Source: an uncultured Helicobacteraceae bacterium (lineage in GTDB: Bacteria > Campylobacterota > Campylobacteria > Campylobacterales > UBA6016). Taken from it: DNA of 55,340 nt. The notes below the pieces were generated by a model. The model did no database searches. It worked only from the letters and a program-made list of their open reading frames with translations, and had not been told where the DNA came from. The stretch is from NCBI GenBank assembly GCA_937973585.1, contig CALJKN010000221.1, positions 1 to 55,340 on the forward strand, written 5' to 3'. Below, in pieces: positions 45,514 to 54,980 of this stretch (the stretch's first letter is position 1; every line of letters starts with the position of its first letter). The translations under genes were made by a program, and so were the position numbers.

Positions 45514-48030
45514 ATGCTAGCAAAAATAAGATTCGGAGATAGGCTTTTCTTAGTTACCTTGATTGTGCTTGCTATTTTTTTTAGCGCAGGCTTATTTTTT
45601 ATAGTAAAAGAAGAGAGTGGCGACAAAGGGCTATACTTGCAAAAAGAGGCTGAAGTACAAAAGAAGGTTTGGAGCTCTGTCGTAAACACCCATAAGGTGG
45701 GGATGAAGGCTTATTACGAGGCTTATATAAATACTGATAGCGTTAATTTGGCTCTTACAAAAGCTTTGAACGGTGGCGAAGCTGACAAGCAGCAAATTAG
45801 AGCCAAGCTTTTACAGGATCTGAAAAAAGTATATGCAGAACTGGGGGAGAGAAACGTAAAGCAGCTACATTTCCATGATCCTGACAATAACTCTTTTTTA
45901 AGATTTCATAAACCTGAAAAATACGGGGATTCGCTGAATGTCAGCAGACCGTCCGTTGTAATCGCAAATAGGCATCTTGTTCCGGTTCAGGGGTTTGAAA
46001 CCGGTAGAGTCGTAAGTGGTTTTAGAAATGTGTTTCCTATAGTTCATAACGGCGTGCATCTGGGAAGCGTAGAACTTAGCCAGCCTTTTGAGGCTATCAG
46101 AAATGAGATGAGAGAGCTAGACAACGATAAGAATCCTTATCTGGCCATAAAAGCAGAAGCGATATATCCGAAAATCTTTGATAGTCAAAAGGATCTTTAC
46201 GAAAAAAGTGCTTTTAGCGATAAATGGGTTATAGAAAAAAGTCATGACGGCGCTTATCCAAAAGATGAGTATATCGGTGTATCGGGGCTGTTGAAAAATA
46301 ACTCTGAATTTTTAGGGAGGCTAGCTTCCGGTGAAAATTTTGGATTAGAGGTTGTAAATAACTCAAAAAATTTTGCGGTGGTAGCTACCCCCGTTTTTGA
46401 CGTTGAACAAAAACATGTTGCATCGCTTGTTAGTATCTATAGATCTGCATGGCTTGAAAAAATAGAGAGAGATTTTTATTTTAACCTTTTTTATCTATCC
46501 GGTTTTTTTGTAATGCTTTTATTTGTGATATTCTGGCTTTTTAAAAACAGACGTTCGCTGGAGATAGAGAGACGGAAAATGTCTCTGATTGCGGAGAGTA
46601 TGACCGACGGCCTCTATGTCATGGATAGCGATGGGATTACAACATATATAAATAAGAGTGCCTTGAGGCTGTTGGAGCTAAAAAAAGAGGAGATTATCGG
46701 AAAAATTGCCCATGATGTATTCCACTCCCACTCTCAAAATAACAATCTATCATTCAGGTTTTGTCCGATATATACGACAACAGTCAAACAGCACTCTACC
46801 TATCAGGGGATGGATAGCTTTAAGACAAAAAACGGAGATGTTTTTTTTGCAGACATCACAAGCGCCCCGATAATAGACAATAATGATGTAATAGGCTCGG
46901 TGACTGTTTTTAGGGATATTAATGAGAGGATGCAGTATGTCCACAAAATAAACGAGCTTGCCGCCTCTATCCCGGGTGTTATATATCAGTATAGGCTCCA
47001 AAAAAACGGAGTCGGTGAGTTTGCGTATATTAGTGCATCTAGCTTTCAGATTTTCGGTGTTTTACCCGCTGATGCGATGAAAAACGGCGATTTGATACTC
47101 CAAAAAATACACAGCTCTGATTTACAAAGATTCAAAGAGAGCCTTCAGTCTTCGGCCAAAACAATGTCGGCATGGAATTGCGAATTTAGGGTAGTAAACG
47201 ATGGAAAAATAAGATGGGTAGAAGGGGGTGCAATTCCGAAAAAAGAGTCATTCGGTGTTATATCGTGGCATGGCTATATATCGGATATTACCGATAAAAA
47301 AGAGACCTCCGAATCACTCCTGATACAGCAGCACAAACTGGCGCAGCTAGGCTCCATGGTGGGCGCTATAGCTCACCAATGGAAGCAGCCGCTCAATACC
47401 TTTTGGATAGCTGCCCAAAATCTAAAAATAAGCCACGAGCTAAATGAGTTAACAAAAGAGGATATGGACGAGTTTATCGCCAAAACAAAAGAGCAGGTAA
47501 AGTTTATGTCTCAGACGATAGATGATTTCAAAAATTTTTACAAACCGTCTCTTGCAAAACAGGTTTTTGATGTGTGCGAGGCGATTAAAAGTACAATTCC
47601 CATAGTTAGCCCTCAGCTAAAAAAAATGCATATATCTCTATCGCTAGAACTACAAACAGGTATCCACTGCTACGGTTATGAGGGTGAGTTTAAACATGTT
47701 TTGGTAAATCTGATAGCAAATGCCAACGATGCTTTTAAGCATACCGCAGATGCCGATAGGAAGATCACTGTTTTGTTATATAGCGATCACCGTTTTGCCG
47801 TAACAGAAATAATAGACAATGCCGGCGGTATCGAAGGGGCGCTTTTGCCTGATAAAATTTTTGAGCCTTACTTTACAACCAAGGGGGAGGATGGTACCGG
47901 AATCGGACTCTCGCTTTCAAAAATAATAATAGAAAATAAGATGGACGGGGCTATCTTTGTCGAAAATGCCGATAAAGGGGCGAAATTTACAATCAAACTG
48001 CCTTTGTCGGACACCATTCCGTCCGCCTGA
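45514..48030 (+). CDS. Large sensor histidine kinase: periplasmic Cache-type domain, two PAS-like domains, HisKA-type H-box, HATPase
   Basis: 838 aa. Cache_3-like signature LHFHDPDNNSFLRFHKPEKYGDSL...GFETGRVVSGFRNVFPI, a TM helix, PAS regions, H-box AHQWKQPLN, and G boxes DNAGGI and GTGIGLSL. No adjacent response regulator. Confidence 0.85.
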   Translation: MLAKIRFGDRLFLVTLIVLAIFFSAGLFFIVKEESGDKGLYLQKEAEVQKKVWSSVVNTHKVGMKAYYEAYINTDSVNLALTKALNGGEADKQQIRAKLLQDLKKVYAELGERNVKQLHFHDPDNNSFLRFHKPEKYGDSLNVSRPSVVIANRHLVPVQGFETGRVVSGFRNVFPIVHNGVHLGSVELSQPFEAIRNEMRELDNDKNPYLAIKAEAIYPKIFDSQKDLYEKSAFSDKWVIEKSHDGAYPKDEYIGVSGLLKNNSEFLGRLASGENFGLEVVNNSKNFAVVATPVFDVEQKHVASLVSIYRSAWLEKIERDFYFNLFYLSGFFVMLLFVIFWLFKNRRSLEIERRKMSLIAESMTDGLYVMDSDGITTYINKSALRLLELKKEEIIGKIAHDVFHSHSQNNNLSFRFCPIYTTTVKQHSTYQGMDSFKTKNGDVFFADITSAPIIDNNDVIGSVTVFRDINERMQYVHKINELAASIPGVIYQYRLQKNGVGEFAYISASSFQIFGVLPADAMKNGDLILQKIHSSDLQRFKESLQSSAKTMSAWNCEFRVVNDGKIRWVEGGAIPKKESFGVISWHGYISDITDKKETSESLLIQQHKLAQLGSMVGAIAHQWKQPLNTFWIAAQNLKISHELNELTKEDMDEFIAKTKEQVKFMSQTIDDFKNFYKPSLAKQVFDVCEAIKSTIPIVSPQLKKMHISLSLELQTGIHCYGYEGEFKHVLVNLIANANDAFKHTADADRKITVLLYSDHRFAVTEIIDNAGGIEGALLPDKIFEPYFTTKGEDGTGIGLSLSKIIIENKMDGAIFVENADKGAKFTIKLPLSDTIPSA

Positions 48031-48107
48031 CAAAGCGGTTATTTTGGAGATTTGTTGTAAAATAAAACAAGCGGTTATTACAAAACCACAAGTTTTATAA
48101 GGGAGCC

Positions 48108-48329
48108 ATGATGTTTCACGAATACAGAGATATAGTTAGCAAGCTAAAAGTAGAAAATGCCCATTTCGCAAAAATATTTGAAAAGCATAACGAGCTTGAC
48201 GACAAAATAGAAAAAGAGGGTATGCATATCGAGCAAATAGAGCTTGAGAGGCTGAAAAAAGAGAAGTTAAAACTAAAAGACGAAGCCTATAATATGATTA
48301 TGGAATACAAAAAGACCCATAATATTTAA
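48108..48329 (+). CDS. DUF465 (YdcH-like) small coiled-coil protein
   Basis: 73 aa with the typical pattern HFAKIFEKHNELDDKI...LERLKKEKLKLKDE. Confidence 0.7.
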   Translation: MMFHEYRDIVSKLKVENAHFAKIFEKHNELDDKIEKEGMHIEQIELERLKKEKLKLKDEAYNMIMEYKKTHNI

Positions 48330-48339
48330 TTCTATAGAG

Positions 48340-48362
48340 CCGTTTCCGCTTAAAGGAAACGG
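48340..48362. terminator. Bidirectional hairpin between convergent genes
   Basis: An 8-bp perfect stem CCGTTTCC-gcttaaa-GGAAACGG, lying between the DUF465 stop and the antiporter stop. Confidence 0.6.
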
Positions 48363-48365
48363 TAG

Positions 48366-49973
48366 CTATTTCAGCTGACAAGTAAGTCCCATTTCAACCA
48401 GTTTTTTACCGATCTCTTCACTCTCATCCACAAGTAGATTTACACCCGCCGCTTTTATAAGCCTATACTCTCTCGCATTTCTTGTTCTGGCGACGAGATT
48501 TATTTTTGGGTAGTTAAATTTTATTATCTCGCATATAGTTAGTAGCTCTTCCTCTTTGTCGATAGTCACTATGACGGCAGCCGCATCTTTTACTTTTAGC
48601 ATCTCTAGCATATTTTTTTGCATTGCATTTCCAAATATTACGTTATGTCCTCTGGCTTGCCCATCATATACCAAATCTCTTTGTGTCTCCACTGCTAAAT
48701 ATTCAAAATTGCTTGATGTCAGATTTTTTGCGACTGCCTTGCCTGTATTGCCGAAGCCTATTATTACGATGTGGTTTTTAAAAGCTGATGTTTTTTCGAC
48801 TATTTCATTATCTTTGCTTTTTGTAAACCTATACGATATTTCGGCGATATATTTTGCTATAAACGGCGTTATTACCATCGAAAGTGCCGCAACGGCTATG
48901 AAGGTCTGAGCCATATCGTTATTTAAAAGATTGATCGTTTTTGCGTATGCGAATATTACAAACGAAAACTCACCGACCTGAGATAGTAAAAGGGCGGTTT
49001 TTATTGCTGTTCTAGATGAGTATCTGAATATTTTTGAGAGATAAAAGATAACTAGCGTTTTAGATGCCATAACGCCTATCGTCATACATAAAATTAACAA
49101 AAAGTTGTTTGCGACAAATCCTATGTCTATCAAAATTCCGGTAGATACGAAAAAGACTCCGAGTAGCAAATCCCTAAAAGGGATTAGGTCTGCCTCTATC
49201 TGGTGTTTGTATGCCGATTCAGAGATTATTATTCCAGCGATAAAAGCCCCAAGAGAGTACGGGACTTCAAAGAAGTGAGCTATGGCGGCCGATGTTAAAA
49301 CGATAAAAAGAACCGAGGTCATAAAAAGTTCGTTTGATTTTGCCCCTGCTACATGTTTCAGAAAGTACGATACTCCATATTTCCCGAAAAAATAGATTGC
49401 CACTATTCCGCCGAGCGAATTTAGTCCGGTTTGCAAAAGCAGTTCGTCGAGCTCTTTTGTTTTGTCTGCCAAGATAGTAACGAGTATGAGTATGGGGACT
49501 ACTGCAATATCTTGCATCAGTAGTATCCCAATAGAATTTCTACCGTGATTTCTACCTATTTTGCCGGTCTCTTGCAAGATTTTTAATACTATTGTCGTAG
49601 AGGATAGGGCTAATGTGAAGCCTATGGCAATCGACAGTTTTGTCTCAAATCCTAGCAAGTGATGAAGAATAAAGCCAAAAATGAGACCGCTCAGGATTAT
49701 TTGGAGTGAACCTAGCCCCAAAACCTCTTTTTTCATTGAGCTTAGTTTTTCAAGCGAGAATTCGAGCCCGAGCATAAACATCAAAAACACTACGCCAAAC
49801 TCTGCAACGGAGCTTAGCTCTTCGCTTCCGCTTAATCCGAAAGTGGCTTTTGCTACTATTCCGGTGATAATGTAGCCGATTACCGTGCTTATCCCAATCC
49901 GCTTTAGCAGTATATTTATAATAATTGCAAAAAATATAATAACGGAAACTATCGTTAGTGTATTATCGTGCAC
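48366..49973 (-). CDS. Monovalent cation:proton antiporter-2 (CPA2, KefB/KefC-like) with a C-terminal TrkA-N/RCK domain
   Basis: 535 aa with a GTG start. Polytopic Na_H-exchanger-like N-terminal part and Rossmann motif HIVIIGFGNTG. Confidence 0.88.
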   Translation of the reverse strand: MHDNTLTIVSVIIFFAIIINILLKRIGISTVIGYIITGIVAKATFGLSGSEELSSVAEFGVVFLMFMLGLEFSLEKLSSMKKEVLGLGSLQIILSGLIFGFILHHLLGFETKLSIAIGFTLALSSTTIVLKILQETGKIGRNHGRNSIGILLMQDIAVVPILILVTILADKTKELDELLLQTGLNSLGGIVAIYFFGKYGVSYFLKHVAGAKSNELFMTSVLFIVLTSAAIAHFFEVPYSLGAFIAGIIISESAYKHQIEADLIPFRDLLLGVFFVSTGILIDIGFVANNFLLILCMTIGVMASKTLVIFYLSKIFRYSSRTAIKTALLLSQVGEFSFVIFAYAKTINLLNNDMAQTFIAVAALSMVITPFIAKYIAEISYRFTKSKDNEIVEKTSAFKNHIVIIGFGNTGKAVAKNLTSSNFEYLAVETQRDLVYDGQARGHNVIFGNAMQKNMLEMLKVKDAAAVIVTIDKEEELLTICEIIKFNYPKINLVARTRNAREYRLIKAAGVNLLVDESEEIGKKLVEMGLTCQLK

Positions 49974-49976
49974 CTT

Positions 49977-51320
49977 TTACATCCATTCTATGAGTTTTGC
50001 CACTTCTGATACCTCGAAGCATTTAATCGTCGGTTTGGCGTTTTTTGGGAGCTTCGCTATGAGGGCTTTTTTGAATCCTTGAGAGAAGGCCTCTTTTAGT
50101 CTGTTTTCTATGTTGGGTACCTCTCTGATATCTCCGGTTAGGCTAACTTCCCCGATAAAAATTGTCTCAGGGCTTATCGGCCTGTTTTTTAGACTGCTCA
50201 CGATTGCGGCTATGACCGCCAAATCCATGGAGGGTTCGGCTACTTTGATGCCGCCGACGATATTGATATAGACATCGTATCTACTTAGAGTAAAGCCCAT
50301 TTTTCGCTCTAGTAGTGCCAAAATCATAGTGAGTCTGGAGTTGTCAAAACCGTTTGAGGAGCGTTTTGGATTCGGATATGGGCTTTCGGCAACCAACGCC
50401 TGCACCTCTACGGCAAGAGGTCTGGTTCCCTCCATCAACACAGTAATCGCAAATCCGGGGTTTTTTGAGTCTTTGGAAAAAAACTTTGAGGAGATATCTT
50501 TCGCTGCAACTAGACCGTCCGATGTCATCTCAAAAATACCTATTTCGCTAGTTGAGCCAAATCTGTTTTTAAAGCTTCTAAGTATTCGTATATCTCCGCC
50601 GCCGTCCCCGTCGAAATAGAGTACCGTATCGACCATATGCTCCAAAACTCTGGGGCCGGCTATCGAACCCTCTTTTGTGATGTGACCTATGATAAAGACC
50701 GCAATACCGTTTGTCTTTGCAAACCTCATCAACTCAAAAGTAATCTCTTTTACCTGAGAGACACTGCCGGGCGCAGAGTCGAGAGCGGACGAATACATGG
50801 TTTGTATCGAATCAACGATTATCATTGAGTAATCTTTCGCTGCCGCCTCTTCCAGTATCGAGCCTATCTCTATCTCATTTAGCAAAAATAGGTTTTTATC
50901 TACGGCGGACAATCTGGATGCCCTAAGCTTGATTTGCTGATTTGATTCTTCGCCCGCAGCATACAAAACTTTTTTGCCGGATTTGGCCAATAATCCGGCA
51001 ATTTTTAGTAGCAGAGTAGATTTGCCGACACCTGGGCTGCCACCGATTAGAACCATTGAGCCGCCGACTATTCCACCGCCCAGAGCCATATCAAATTCGT
51101 CATCCCCGCTTTTTTGCCTCTCTACCTCGGAGTCCTCTATCTCTGTAATCGCTATAGCAACCGATTTTTTTGGGGATACACTTTTTTTTAGAAGCTCCAA
51201 ATCCTTCTCTTTGACCTCCAAAAAGCTTTCCCAAGAGCCGCAACCGGGGCATTTTCCTAGCCATTTAGCGCTTTGAAATCCACAGGACTGACATTCAAAG
51301 AGCGTTTTTTGTTTTGCCAA
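49977..51320 (-). CDS. radA: DNA repair protein RadA/Sms
   Basis: Zinc ribbon CQSCGFQSAKWLGKCPGCGSW, Walker A GGSPGVGKST, a KNRFG motif and a Lon-like C-terminus. The track extends to 51377 and overlaps ftsY. A TTG at 51320, 4 nt after the ftsY stop, gives the canonical MAKQKTLFEC N-terminus. Confidence 0.92.
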   Translation of the reverse strand: MAKQKTLFECQSCGFQSAKWLGKCPGCGSWESFLEVKEKDLELLKKSVSPKKSVAIAITEIEDSEVERQKSGDDEFDMALGGGIVGGSMVLIGGSPGVGKSTLLLKIAGLLAKSGKKVLYAAGEESNQQIKLRASRLSAVDKNLFLLNEIEIGSILEEAAAKDYSMIIVDSIQTMYSSALDSAPGSVSQVKEITFELMRFAKTNGIAVFIIGHITKEGSIAGPRVLEHMVDTVLYFDGDGGGDIRILRSFKNRFGSTSEIGIFEMTSDGLVAAKDISSKFFSKDSKNPGFAITVLMEGTRPLAVEVQALVAESPYPNPKRSSNGFDNSRLTMILALLERKMGFTLSRYDVYINIVGGIKVAEPSMDLAVIAAIVSSLKNRPISPETIFIGEVSLTGDIREVPNIENRLKEAFSQGFKKALIAKLPKNAKPTIKCFEVSEVAKLIEWM

Positions 51321-51324
51321 GATA

Positions 51325-52203
51325 TTAGCCTTTGAAGATTGCGCCGATAAACTCGTCCATAAAAGCTTTTGTGTCAAAAACCTCTATATCGTCCGGCTTT
51401 TCACCAATCCCTACGTACAAGATCGGTAGAGACAGCTCTTTTAGGATTGAAAAAATTGCTCCGCCCTTCGCTGTTCCGTCCAGCTTTGTCACGATAACAG
51501 CATCAAGCCCTATCATCTCGTTAAAAGCTTTTGCCTGATTGATGGCTGAGTGTCCGGCCGTAGCATCTATAATGACTATTTTTCTATTTGGAGTATTTGC
51601 TTTTGCTTTTTCGCATACCCTGACTATTTTTTTTAGCTCTTCCGCCAGATTTGTTTGTGTGTGGAGTCTCCCTGCCGTATCTATAATCGCATAATCGATA
51701 TTTTTGGAGATTGCAGAATTTATTGTATCAAAAGCAACACTAGACGGGTCGGCACCTAATTTCGAGGAGACTATCGGAATCTCTAATCTTTTTGCCCATA
51801 TCTCCAGTTGTTGAACTGCTGCCGCCCTGAATGTATCTCCGGCACCGAGTATGACACTTTTGCCGTCTTTTTTTGCAAGGTTTGCTAGCTTTGCTATAGT
51901 GGTTGTTTTGCCGGCTCCGTTTACCCCTATAATCAGATCGACAAAAGGTTTGTCCGAACAAAAAAGTTGTGTCTTTTTTGCTTCGACGGACAAAAAGATT
52001 GAAGCCAAGGCATTTTGCAATGCTATTTTGTTTATTGACGAGGGGAGAGTGGAGAGCATCTCTTCTACTATGTCGTAGTCTATATCGCTCGTTACCAGTA
52101 TCTCCTCTAGTTCGTCTTTTGAGATGGACTCTTTTTTTTCCCCGATTATCTCCCCTATTGCGGCTACGGTTTTGGCTAATGATTTTTTGAGTAGCCCAAA
52201 CAT
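51325..52203 (-). CDS. ftsY: Signal recognition particle receptor FtsY (short form, NG domain only)
   Basis: 292 aa with motifs GVNGAGKTTT, DTAGR and TKLDGTAKGG. Confidence 0.95.
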   Translation of the reverse strand: MFGLLKKSLAKTVAAIGEIIGEKKESISKDELEEILVTSDIDYDIVEEMLSTLPSSINKIALQNALASIFLSVEAKKTQLFCSDKPFVDLIIGVNGAGKTTTIAKLANLAKKDGKSVILGAGDTFRAAAVQQLEIWAKRLEIPIVSSKLGADPSSVAFDTINSAISKNIDYAIIDTAGRLHTQTNLAEELKKIVRVCEKAKANTPNRKIVIIDATAGHSAINQAKAFNEMIGLDAVIVTKLDGTAKGGAIFSILKELSLPILYVGIGEKPDDIEVFDTKAFMDEFIGAIFKG

Positions 52204-52752
52204 CTATTTTCCAACCGTTTTGAGGATGTCTTGTTCTATAATTTCGGCCGGAGTGGCACCGGGATAAAAGGCGATTTTTTTACCGTCTTTATCAAATAAA
52301 AACATTGTAGGGAAACCTTTTACCCCGAAAATTTTTGCCGCCTCAAAGTTTGCGCTCTCCTCTGTTGATACGAAATAGTTTATTTTATGTTCTTTGATAA
52401 AAGATGAGACCTCGGCAGGGCTTTTGTTTTCTTCTAGCAATACCGATATAACGTTAAATTTGTCGGAATATTTGTTTTTTAGCTCAATTAGATGTGGAAT
52501 CTCCGCTTTGCACGGCGGACACCATGTGGCGAAAAAAACAAGCAGCGTACTTTTTTCCCCTTCGCCCTCAAATTTGAATCCCTCTCCGGTATATACCATA
52601 TTAATATTTTTTCCGGCAAGGTCTTTAAAGGCAATATTTTTTATCATATTTTTAGTGCTAACAAGTTGTTCGGATTCGGCTTTGTCTTTGCATCCGACGA
52701 ACAGTGTGGATACTAGAGCAGCAAAAATAGGAGTCAGGATATATTTTTTCAT
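52204..52752 (-). CDS. TlpA/ResA-like thiol:disulfide oxidoreductase lipoprotein (thioredoxin fold)
   Basis: 182 aa. Lipobox LFVGC and active site WCPPC. The stop abuts the ftsY start. Confidence 0.85.
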   Translation of the reverse strand: MKKYILTPIFAALVSTLFVGCKDKAESEQLVSTKNMIKNIAFKDLAGKNINMVYTGEGFKFEGEGEKSTLLVFFATWCPPCKAEIPHLIELKNKYSDKFNVISVLLEENKSPAEVSSFIKEHKINYFVSTEESANFEAAKIFGVKGFPTMFLFDKDGKKIAFYPGATPAEIIEQDILKTVGK

Positions 52753-52789
52753 AATTTACTATCCCTGTTTTTGTAATATTTTATTTTAG

Positions 52790-53530
52790 ATGAGGATTAT
52801 AAACTCTATGGGCTTAAGTGCTAAAGGTGTTTGCGCCGGAATTTCGGCCGATAAAATAGGAGCCAGAGCTGTCGGAAAAAAAATTGCCCGTAAAAAAGAG
52901 AATTACTCTCGCAAAAAGATTTTTGAGCACACGGTAGCCAATTTTCTGGGTACTTTGAAATTTAAATCGATTTTGCTATACCTTCCGCTTTTTATAGAGG
53001 CGGATACAAAAAAAATTATCCGCATTCTAAGGACTAAACGAAAAGCCGTATATGTGCCGTTCATAGAAGGTGTTAGCTTTAAAATGGTAAGATACAGACT
53101 TCCTGAAATTACGGGTGATTTTAATATTCAGACCTGCAGAAATTCGTTTGTAAAAATAAATAAAATTGATATAATGATTATTCCTGCCTTAGGCGTAGAT
53201 CGAAATTTTAAACGGATCGGCCACGGCAAAGGGATGTATGATAGATTTGTAGAAAAAATCAAAAATACTCCGCTTACTATATTTGCGCAAAAAAAAATTT
53301 GCTACTTTGATGCGGATATTTGCGAAAAACATGATGTATCGGCTGATTTTTTAACGGCTGAGGGAAAAATTTTTCAAAGAGGCAAAATAAACAATGTTAA
53401 CTATTGCGCTAATCGTAGCCGCCGCAACGGTAATATCCGGTATTGTCGGATTTTTGACGGCAAAAAAAATAGATTCCGCAAAATATCAAATATATATAGA
53501 GCAGTCAAAATCAAAAGCAAAGGCGATTGA
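52790..53530 (+). CDS. 5-formyltetrahydrofolate cyclo-ligase family protein with an unusual basic C-terminal tail
   Basis: Core motifs LLYLPLFIEAD and IIPALGVDRNFKRIGHGKGMYDRF. The last ~45 codons overlap the rny start in another frame. Confidence 0.7.
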   Translation: MRIINSMGLSAKGVCAGISADKIGARAVGKKIARKKENYSRKKIFEHTVANFLGTLKFKSILLYLPLFIEADTKKIIRILRTKRKAVYVPFIEGVSFKMVRYRLPEITGDFNIQTCRNSFVKINKIDIMIIPALGVDRNFKRIGHGKGMYDRFVEKIKNTPLTIFAQKKICYFDADICEKHDVSADFLTAEGKIFQRGKINNVNYCANRSRRNGNIRYCRIFDGKKNRFRKISNIYRAVKIKSKGD

Positions 53531-54962
53531 GCACGAGGCTGAGCTGAAACTTGAGGCTGTAAAAGCAAAAGAGGGGAATTTGGAGCTTGAGTTTCGTAAA
53601 AAATCTGAAATGGAAGCGGCCAGATTAAGAAGCGAATATGACTCAAAAGTTATGAGTCTTGCAAAGAAAGAGGAGATGTTTGCCGAGAAAACAAAAAACG
53701 AACTTAAAAATATTGAGAGTAAAAAAAATAGGGCAGAAGAGCTAAAAAAAACATCCGAAGTTACCATGTCGGAGCTTAGCAATCTAAAAAAGATATACGA
53801 AGCCAAGCTTGACGACGTAATTGCTATAGCCGAAAAAGGTGCGGGACTCACAATGGGTGAGGCTAGGGAGTTGCTCCTTGAAAAAACAAAAGAAAAATGC
53901 AGAGAGGATATATCCCACGTAGTCAGAAAATACGAGGCGGAGGCTAAGGCTGAGGCAAGAAAAAGGGCAAACTATGTCATTGCGCAGGCAACAACAAGAT
54001 ATGCCGGAGAGTTCGCCGCAGAGAGGCTAATAAACGTAGTTCCGATTCAAAGCGAAGAGATAAAAGGGCGGATAATCGGCAAAGAGGGGCGAAATATAAA
54101 AGTTTTGGAGATGCTTCTGGGTGTGGATATCATAATCGACGATACGCCGAATACGATTATTGTCAGTAGTTTTAATCTTTTAAGAAGGGCGATTGCTACA
54201 AAGACGATAGAGCTATTAATCGAGGATGGGAGGATTCAGCCCGCCAGAATTGAGGAAATTTTTGAAAAAGTCAAACGGGAGTTTGATGAGAAAATGTATG
54301 AAGAGGGTGAGAACATCGTGACCGATCTCGGTGTCGGTATCATACATCCTGAGATTATAAAACTAATCGGCCGTCTAAAATATAGAGCTAGTTATGGGCA
54401 AAATGCGTTGGCGCACTCTTTGGAGGTTGTGCATTTGGCCGGAATTATTGCGGCTGAGCTCGGTGGAGACGAGGTGTTGGCAAAGAGAGCCGGTCTTTTG
54501 CACGATATAGGTAAGGCATTGACCCATGATTATTCCGGAAGCCATGTTGATTTGGGTGCGGATTTATGCAAAAGATACAAAGAGGCTCCCGAGGTAATAA
54601 ATGCAATTTATGCCCATCATGGGCACGAAGAGGTTAAGTCAATAGAGTGTGCGGCGGTATGCACGGCTGATGCCCTATCGGCGGCCAGACCTGGGGCTAG
54701 ACGGGAAGTTTTGGAGAGCTTTTTGAAAAGGGTAGAGGGGCTAGAAAAAATAGCACTTTCTCATCACGGTGTTAAAAATGCGTACGCTATCGCAGCCGGC
54801 AAAGAGATTAGAATAATCGTTAATGCATCGCTAATCAACGATGATGAATCGGTTCTTGTCGCAAAAGAGATAGCAAAAGAGATAGAAGACGGAATACAAT
54901 ATCCGGGTGAGATCAAAATAAGCGTTATTAGAGAGACAAGGGTTACCGAGTTTGCCAGATAA
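53394..54962 (+). CDS. rny: Ribonuclease Y
   Basis: 522 aa. N-terminal TM helix, coiled coil, KH domain (GRIIGKEGRNIKVLE) and HD domain (LLHDIGKA). Confidence 0.96.
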   Translation: MLTIALIVAAATVISGIVGFLTAKKIDSAKYQIYIEQSKSKAKAIEHEAELKLEAVKAKEGNLELEFRKKSEMEAARLRSEYDSKVMSLAKKEEMFAEKTKNELKNIESKKNRAEELKKTSEVTMSELSNLKKIYEAKLDDVIAIAEKGAGLTMGEARELLLEKTKEKCREDISHVVRKYEAEAKAEARKRANYVIAQATTRYAGEFAAERLINVVPIQSEEIKGRIIGKEGRNIKVLEMLLGVDIIIDDTPNTIIVSSFNLLRRAIATKTIELLIEDGRIQPARIEEIFEKVKREFDEKMYEEGENIVTDLGVGIIHPEIIKLIGRLKYRASYGQNALAHSLEVVHLAGIIAAELGGDEVLAKRAGLLHDIGKALTHDYSGSHVDLGADLCKRYKEAPEVINAIYAHHGHEEVKSIECAAVCTADALSAARPGARREVLESFLKRVEGLEKIALSHHGVKNAYAIAAGKEIRIIVNASLINDDESVLVAKEIAKEIEDGIQYPGEIKISVIRETRVTEFAR

Positions 54963-54980
54963 GGCAGTTTAGTTTTTTTG

